Assembly (NCBI GenBank): GCA_026396255.1
Contig: JAPLXD010000006.1
Coordinates: 1 to 58,341, forward strand
Direction: 5' to 3'
Origin: Candidatus Moraniibacteriota bacterium
Lineage (GTDB): Bacteria > Patescibacteriota > Minisyncoccia > Moranbacterales > UBA11712
DNA length: 58,341 bases
A program made the translations under genes and the position numbers. The notes beneath the pieces were generated by a model. The model ran no database searches. It had not been told where the DNA came from and saw only the letters and a program-made list of their open reading frames with translations. Below, piece by piece: positions 44,359 to 50,041 of this stretch; the first letter of the stretch is position 1; each line of letters starts with the position of its first letter.

Positions 44359-45564
44359 TTATTTCAGTCTCCCAATTATCTTATTTTTCTCACTATATCC
44401 AATTTTCATCTTGGACGCAAGCGTTTGCATAGTGGCAATTGTTTGGTCATATGTCGGGCGATCGACGGGGTAGGGGATGAAATCTTTTCCGCCGTGGGCG
44501 AAGGAATAACGGGCCGGATCTTCATAGGAAGCTTTCGCGCCGTAAATAACTTCCGCTGTCAGCGCCAAAGCTCTGATGGTCTTTGGCCCGACGCCTTTCA
44601 AAGATAAAAGCTGTTCATAATTTTTCGGCTTGACTACATTCACTTCGTATAATATTTTTTCCAAATACTTGCTTTTGGTGAAATCCTCCGTGATGACGGG
44701 CAACACCTTGAAATCGCGGTCATGCAGGTGTATTTTGGTGAGTTCTTGATTCTCGTTTCCAACCGAGATCACTTCGCTTTGAGCTGTTGAGTGGTCGCGC
44801 AGAATGGAGATCGGATCTCCATCGGGGAGATCCGATCTCCGAGGAGTCGCGTATTTGCTCAATAATGCTAGATCTTTCATGAGAGTATTATAGCTTCCTT
44901 GAACGAGCTCTGTGCTGATTTTTTGGGTGTTTTCGCTTTCTCTGGCGGTCATATTGAGCCCGGTGTGCTGGCCGTCCGAAATAATCCCGCTGTGCGGTTC
45001 AATCACTAGGTTCTTTACTTCGTCCGAGAACCAGTGATAGCGTCGCGCCGTCACCTCTTTTTCGTTCATGCCTTGTTGAACGACGGCCCACGTGCCGTTG
45101 CGTGAGAAAAAGAAGCAGTGATGATAAATCTGGAACCCGTCCTGGACGAGGGAAGAATCGACTTTCGCCGCCATCCGGGAATTGTATTCGAGCGAATTTA
45201 TTTTTTCCTGCGAGAGTTCGGCTCGCGCGCCGAAGAGTGAAATTTGCTCCGGAGTTTTGAGCGACGCTTTGCCTTTCCCGCCACAAATATATATTCCCAA
45301 ATCTCTTTCCTCGCCGCGGATAGCCTCTTTCAAAGCCGCGGTTAAAATAGTGATGAGTCCCGACGCGTTCCAGTCAAAAGCGAGCACCGTTCCGAGCGCC
45401 TGAAACCAGACCGGATCGGCGATCCGTTTCACAAACTCATCCGGCCCATATTCGGCAATGATGACCCGTGACATCTCCCGTCCCAGTTTCACCATCCGTT
45501 CGAACAGCCATTTGGGGCACTTGCCATAGTCAAGAGTGAAGGTGGCAATTCCGCGCTTGAACAT
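44359..45564 (-). CDS. DUF763-family protein with helix-hairpin-helix-like C-terminal motif
   Basis: N-terminus GKCPKWLFERMVKLG...DPVWFQALGTVLAFDWNASG is typical of DUF763 as I recall it. LLSLKGVGPKTIRALAL is HhH-like. Confidence 0.7.
   Translation of the reverse strand: MFKRGIATFTLDYGKCPKWLFERMVKLGREMSRVIIAEYGPDEFVKRIADPVWFQALGTVLAFDWNASGLITILTAALKEAIRGEERDLGIYICGGKGKASLKTPEQISLFGARAELSQEKINSLEYNSRMAAKVDSSLVQDGFQIYHHCFFFSRNGTWAVVQQGMNEKEVTARRYHWFSDEVKNLVIEPHSGIISDGQHTGLNMTARESENTQKISTELVQGSYNTLMKDLALLSKYATPRRSDLPDGDPISILRDHSTAQSEVISVGNENQELTKIHLHDRDFKVLPVITEDFTKSKYLEKILYEVNVVKPKNYEQLLSLKGVGPKTIRALALTAEVIYGAKASYEDPARYSFAHGGKDFIPYPVDRPTYDQTIATMQTLASKMKIGYSEKNKIIGRLK
44816..44850. repeat. twin-palindrome element in frame in the DUF763 gene
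   Basis: GGAGATCGGATCTCC-atcgg-GGAGATCCGATCTCC. Translated on the minus strand as RRSDLPDGDPIS. Confidence 0.9.
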
Positions 45565-45608
45565 ACTATCACTATATCACTATATTATGAATTATGCTAG
45601 TCTGTATA

Positions 45609-45637
45609 TGGACATTTCAATTTTCTGCGTATATAAT
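45609..45637 (+). promoter_or_regulatory. sigma70-like promoter ending 8 nt before the uvrB ATG
   Basis: TGGACA-N17-TATAAT. There is no SD sequence in the 8-nt gap. Confidence 0.5.
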
Positions 45638-45645
45638 AATTGAAC

Positions 45646-47685
45646 ATGAAATTTCAAATATCTTCCAAGTTTAAACCCGATGGAGACCAACCGCGTGCGA
45701 TCAAGCAATTGACCGCGGGTCTTCGGCGTGGGGATAAGTTTCAGACGCTTCTCGGTGTGACCGGGTCGGGAAAGACTTTTACTATTGCCAACGTCATTGA
45801 AAATGTGCGAAAACCCACGCTGGTGATTGCGCCGAACAAGACGCTGGCGGCGCAACTCGCGCAGGAATTTCGGACATTTTTCCCCAAAAACGCGGTGGAA
45901 TATTTTGTTTCCTATTATGATTACTATCAGCCGGAAGCGTATATTTCTTCATCCGACACATATATCGAAAAAGAATCCCAGATCAACGACGAGATTGACC
46001 GGCTACGCCACGCGGCCACGGTGGCGGTGATGTCGCGGCGTGACGTGGTCATTGTTGCTTCGGTATCGTGCATATACGGTCTCGGTTCACCCGAATACTA
46101 TTCCGAAATTTCTTTGAGCCTCAAAATCGGCGAAGCGATTGACCGGCAAAAGCTCATCAAAGACCTCACGGAGATGCATTTTCTCCGCTCGGAGCATTTG
46201 TCCCGCGGAAAATTTCGCTCTCACGGAGAGACGGTTGAAATAATGTCTCCATCCCGGGAAATCGTGACAAGAATAGAACTCAAGAATGATAAAATAGCGA
46301 AAATCAGCGAATATGATTTTTTGACCGGCGAAGCGCTGGGAAACCTGGAAAAAGCTTTGATCTATCCGGCGAAGCACTTTGTTGTTCCGGAGCCGGTGAT
46401 GCAGGACGCTCTCCTGGAAATTGAAAAAGAACTCGACGAGCGCGTGGTATATTTCAAAAAGAACAATAAATTGCTCGAAGCCGAGAGGATATACCGCCGG
46501 ACAAAGCAGGATCTCGAAATGATGCGGGAAATCGGATACTGCAACGGAATTGAAAACTATTCCCGATATCTGACCGGCCGCGCGCCGGGTGAAGCGCCGT
46601 ATACCTTGATCGATTATTTTGCCCGCCTCGACTCGCCGTCTCGGCGAGGCTGGGCCAAAAATTTCCTCATTGTTATTGACGAATCACACGTGACCGTTCC
46701 CCAGCTCAACGGGATGTATAACGGCGACCACGCGCGCAAATATGCGCTGATTGACAACGGTTTCCGCCTTCCGAGCGCTTATGACAACCGGCCATTAAAG
46801 TTTAAAGAGTTTGAGGATAAGATTAGTCAAGTGATATTTACATCCGCTACACCGGGAAATTATGAATTAGTGCAAAGTGCAAAGTGCAAAGTGCAAAATT
46901 ACAGTTCAAAATTAAAAGTTGATGAAAGATGCGTAGTCGAGCAGATAATTAGACCTACAGGGTTAGTAGATCCAGAGTTAGTGATTAAACCAGCGAAGGG
47001 GCAAGTTAAAGATGTAATAAATGAAGTGAAAAAAGTAATTGAAAAGAAAGAAAGAGTATTAATCACGACGCTCACCAAAAAAATGTCCGAAGATCTTTCG
47101 GATTTTCTCAAAGAAAGCCAGATAAAAGCCGAATATTTGCATTCAGGAGTGGATACGATGGAGCGGGTGCGCATTTTGGAAAGTTTACGCCGAGGAAAAT
47201 TCGATGTGCTTGTAGGCGTGAACTTGCTCCGCGAAGGCTTGGATTTGCCGGAAGTTTCGCTCGTCGCTATTCTTGACGCGGACAAAGAAGGGTTTTTGCG
47301 CAGTGAAACTTCACTCATCCAGACCATCGGCCGGGCGGCGCGGAATATTTCCGGACGGGTGATTTTATACGCCGACCATATCACCGGCTCGATGAAACGG
47401 GCGATTGACGAGACAAATCGCCGGCGCGAAACGCAGACGAAATACAATAAAAAACATCACATCACGCCGCAAACGATCAAGAAAAAAATCGAATCAATCA
47501 TCGATCACGAACTGAAACCCGAAATCCCGCGCGAATTTGTGAAATTGGAATCGCTTGAGGATATCGCCGGCTATATCAAGCAAAAAGAAACCGAAATGAA
47601 AACCGTCGCCCGGAATATGGAATTCGAAAAAGCGGCGGTGATTCGGGATGAGATAATTCAGCTCCGGAAGTTGCAGATGAAGTAA
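45646..47685 (+). CDS. uvrB: excinuclease ABC subunit B
   Basis: FKPDGDQPRAI, GVTGSGKT, helicase motifs, and a C-terminal UVR domain EFEKAAVIRDEIIQLRK. Confidence 0.95.
   Translation: MKFQISSKFKPDGDQPRAIKQLTAGLRRGDKFQTLLGVTGSGKTFTIANVIENVRKPTLVIAPNKTLAAQLAQEFRTFFPKNAVEYFVSYYDYYQPEAYISSSDTYIEKESQINDEIDRLRHAATVAVMSRRDVVIVASVSCIYGLGSPEYYSEISLSLKIGEAIDRQKLIKDLTEMHFLRSEHLSRGKFRSHGETVEIMSPSREIVTRIELKNDKIAKISEYDFLTGEALGNLEKALIYPAKHFVVPEPVMQDALLEIEKELDERVVYFKKNNKLLEAERIYRRTKQDLEMMREIGYCNGIENYSRYLTGRAPGEAPYTLIDYFARLDSPSRRGWAKNFLIVIDESHVTVPQLNGMYNGDHARKYALIDNGFRLPSAYDNRPLKFKEFEDKISQVIFTSATPGNYELVQSAKCKVQNYSSKLKVDERCVVEQIIRPTGLVDPELVIKPAKGQVKDVINEVKKVIEKKERVLITTLTKKMSEDLSDFLKESQIKAEYLHSGVDTMERVRILESLRRGKFDVLVGVNLLREGLDLPEVSLVAILDADKEGFLRSETSLIQTIGRAARNISGRVILYADHITGSMKRAIDETNRRRETQTKYNKKHHITPQTIKKKIESIIDHELKPEIPREFVKLESLEDIAGYIKQKETEMKTVARNMEFEKAAVIRDEIIQLRKLQMK
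46869..46896 (+). repeat. AGTGCAA x4 heptanucleotide tandem repeat in frame in uvrB
   Basis: Four perfect tandem copies lie within an AT-rich patch (46793-47063). Confidence 0.9.
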
Positions 47686-47698
47686 CAGTTCAAACTTC

Positions 47699-47727
47699 TT
47701 GATTCACTTGGCTGAAAATGTTATAAT
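47699..47727 (+). promoter_or_regulatory. consensus sigma70-like promoter for the flavoprotein-cupredoxin cluster
   Basis: TTGATT-N17-TATAAT. Confidence 0.6.
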
Positions 47728-47753
47728 TAAAGTAGTTTTGTAAGGTTAAATTA

Positions 47754-48449
47754 ATGGCGAAATTGAAACTTTTGGGAATTTCCACTTCCGCCAGGGGCCG
47801 GGAATCAAATAGCTATCACCTGCTCAACAGAGCCTTTGAGAAACTGGCAGACGGGGAAATCGAAAAAGAAATCATCGTCGCCTCCGAACTTAAGCTTCTC
47901 CCGTGCCGTCATCACTATTCAATCAACGCCAAAATGTGCGTTCATCCTTGTTTGATTACCCAGACGGACAAAAGCGACGAGATGAAGAAAATATACGATG
48001 GGATATTGTCAGCTGACATGGTGATTTTTTCCACTCCCATTTATTGGGGAAACCATTCGCAACTCATGCAGCTTATTATCGAACGCCTCAATTCGTTGGA
48101 AAATTCAAATTCGGTTCATAAAAAAGTGTTGGTGAAAAACAAAGTGGCCGGAATGATGATTTTGGGACACGAAGACGGGTATCAGCATGTGGCGGGAGGA
48201 CTCATGAATTTTCTGACAGAACTGGGAATGATTTTTCCGCCTCAAGCCTACGCTGCTTGGGTCGGAGAGAGCAATGAAGATACCAAATCAGATCGAAAAA
48301 GAATAGAAACTGATTCTACGATTTTCGAGCAGTTTGACGATTTGGTGAATAATGTCGTCAATTTTTCCAAAAAAATTCTTATTTGCTCCGATTGCGGCGA
48401 AAAGCTTGATTATGAGCATCTTTCCAAGAAGAAACTTTATAAAAAATAA
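47754..48449 (+). CDS. flavodoxin-fold NAD(P)H-dependent FMN reductase / iron-sulfur flavoprotein-like
   Basis: LLGISTSARGRESNSY, Cys cluster PCRHH..CVHPC, and VIFSTPIYWGN. Confidence 0.7.
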   Translation: MAKLKLLGISTSARGRESNSYHLLNRAFEKLADGEIEKEIIVASELKLLPCRHHYSINAKMCVHPCLITQTDKSDEMKKIYDGILSADMVIFSTPIYWGNHSQLMQLIIERLNSLENSNSVHKKVLVKNKVAGMMILGHEDGYQHVAGGLMNFLTELGMIFPPQAYAAWVGESNEDTKSDRKRIETDSTIFEQFDDLVNNVVNFSKKILICSDCGEKLDYEHLSKKKLYKK

Positions 48450-48463
48450 TTTTGCGTCCAGAA

Positions 48464-48700
48464 ATGAAAAAACCCGAAAATAATCAAGACAATTTTTCCG
48501 GGTGTATTTGCCTCGATTGCTCCCTTTTCACTTCTTGCAATCAAAAAAAGAACGAGAAATTATTCTGCGCCCGGAAGAAATCAGATTGCGAAATGGACTC
48601 TCAGAAAATGTGCATTTGCGGAATGTGCCCGATATACAGCGAGAACGAACTTTCCGGAGGGTATTTTTGCATCAATGAAATAGTTGAAGAAAAAGCCTAG
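48464..48700 (+). CDS. small Cys-rich protein, DUF2769-like
   Basis: CICLDCSLFTSC..LFCARKKSDC..CICGMCP..YFC pattern. Confidence 0.55.
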   Translation: MKKPENNQDNFSGCICLDCSLFTSCNQKKNEKLFCARKKSDCEMDSQKMCICGMCPIYSENELSGGYFCINEIVEEKA

Positions 48701-48724
48701 CCTAATTCAATAAGCGCAAATCAA

Positions 48725-49105
48725 ATGAAAAAAAGTGCAAGTCTGATCCTGGCCGTCTCGGCCGTCTTCTTTTTGGGCGGCTGTGGATATCAAGCCAGCA
48801 AACAAATACCGCCGGTTCAAATTCCAGGCCAATCGGCGCAAACAGGCGCAAGCACTGTCGGAGAGGCAAGCACGGTGGCTATCAAGAATTTTTCTTTCAG
48901 TCCCAGTACGCTCACTGTGAAAGCGGGGACGACGGTAACTTGGACCAATGAGGATAGCGCGGCGCATACGATAAAATCGGACACTTTTGGTTCGGGAGAG
49001 TTGAGCAACGGCCAACAATTTGATTTCAAATTTGAAAAGGCCGGAAGTTTTGATTATAGCTGCGCGATTCATCCATCAATGACAGGCAAGATAATTGTTG
49101 AATAA
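48725..49105 (+). CDS. cupredoxin-fold (plastocyanin/amicyanin-like) lipoprotein
   Basis: Lipobox FLGGCG, VTWTNEDSAAHT, and YSCAIHPSMTGKIIV (His/Cys/His/Met copper ligands). Confidence 0.75.
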   Translation: MKKSASLILAVSAVFFLGGCGYQASKQIPPVQIPGQSAQTGASTVGEASTVAIKNFSFSPSTLTVKAGTTVTWTNEDSAAHTIKSDTFGSGELSNGQQFDFKFEKAGSFDYSCAIHPSMTGKIIVE

Positions 49106-49116
49106 TTTTGCAAACA

Positions 49117-49341
49117 ATGAATATATTGGCACATTTGGCCTATTATCAAATTTTGGGCAAGCCCGTTTTGATGTATTCGGGAATTTTGACTTTGACTTCT
49201 TTCATGTTCACCGCCTTGATTCCGATTCTCAATCAAAAGGGCATTCACAAGATTCCCTTTTCGTGGCACTCGCGAATGGCAAAATTGTCATTTGCTTTGG
49301 TAATTATCCACGCCGTGCTGGGATTGTCGGTTTATTTTTGA
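49117..49341 (+). CDS. small membrane protein (2-3 TM)
   Basis: Directly follows the cupredoxin gene and is hydrophobic throughout. Confidence 0.5.
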   Translation: MNILAHLAYYQILGKPVLMYSGILTLTSFMFTALIPILNQKGIHKIPFSWHSRMAKLSFALVIIHAVLGLSVYF

Positions 49342-49344
49342 GGA

Positions 49345-49416
49345 ATGGAAAAATTCGAAAAAGCAGCGGTGATTCGAGATGAAATTGTGCAATTGAGGAA
49401 AGTGCAGATGGGGTAA
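49345..49416 (+). pseudogene. relic of a uvrB 3' end (UVR-domain tail)
   Basis: MEKFEKAAVIRDEIVQLRKVQMG* compares with the uvrB tail MEFEKAAVIRDEIIQLRKLQMK* (47617-47685). That is 19/22 aa identical, with many synonymous nucleotide differences. Confidence 0.65.
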
Positions 49417-49485
49417 GAAAAGTTGCAAATTACGTTTAAGTTTGCTAGGTTTATTTTATCAAATACGAGAGAGGAGGCACATTAT

Positions 49486-49730
49486 ATGTGTCAGATGATG
49501 AAGCCGAAAGAATTAGACGAGAAGATTTTCGCCATCGTAACCGAAGCCTGTGGCAAAGATAATCTTCTAAAGTACATGGATGTGCAGAAAAAGTCTTAAA
49601 AAGCCACCCCGACCAGGTTGGAAAAAATGACGTAAAATTTTCGGTCAAACGACTGATGGACAGCGGTCGGCTGAAGTATGCCTATCTCGGTGGCAGCTTC
49701 CTGGTAACGCCAGAGTGGAGGGATCGGTAA
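49486..49730 (+). pseudogene. small winged-helix-like gene split by a -1 frame change at G AAA AAG
   Basis: GAGAGGAGG RBS. Frame 0 gives MCQMMKPKELDEKIFAIVTEACGKDNLLKYMDVQKKS*. The -1 frame continues VLKSHPDQVGKNDVKFSVKRLMDSGRLKYAYLGGSFLVTPEWRDR*. Confidence 0.45.
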
Positions 49731-49838
49731 AATTTTCCCAGAGACTTGTTCTCTGGTGGGGCATTCCTGGTTGGGATGCCTCTTTTTTTATAACAACTGA
49801 AATTGATTTATTAACTCAATAGTATTATATTGAAGAAA

Positions 49839-49920
49839 CCCCCGCACCGAAATAGGTCGGTGTGTATAAGTGCCAATTTGGGGTAAGTTTTTGTATTTGC
49901 GAAATAAATTTGGTGCGGGG
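49839..49920. repeat. CCCCGCACC inverted-repeat element (copy 5)
   Basis: CCCCGCACCGAAAT ... AATTTGGTGCGGGG followed by CAAGC. TTGATT-N17-TATATT (49803-49831) lies directly upstream. Confidence 0.7.
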
Positions 49921-49975
49921 CAAGCCTTAAATGGGGCATTTTTGTGTTAGGTAAAGAATCATTCAGGGAAAATCA

Positions 49976-50031
49976 AAGGTTCGACCTTTCCCTTGTCGGC
50001 TGTCACCTCCAATTCCTCAAGGTCGAACCTT
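49976..50031. repeat. 56-bp element with inverted termini (copy 2), 10 nt upstream of the uvrA ATG
   Basis: Same ends and same length as 691-746, with a different 17-nt core. Confidence 0.8.
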
Positions 50032-50041
50032 GAAGAAATCT

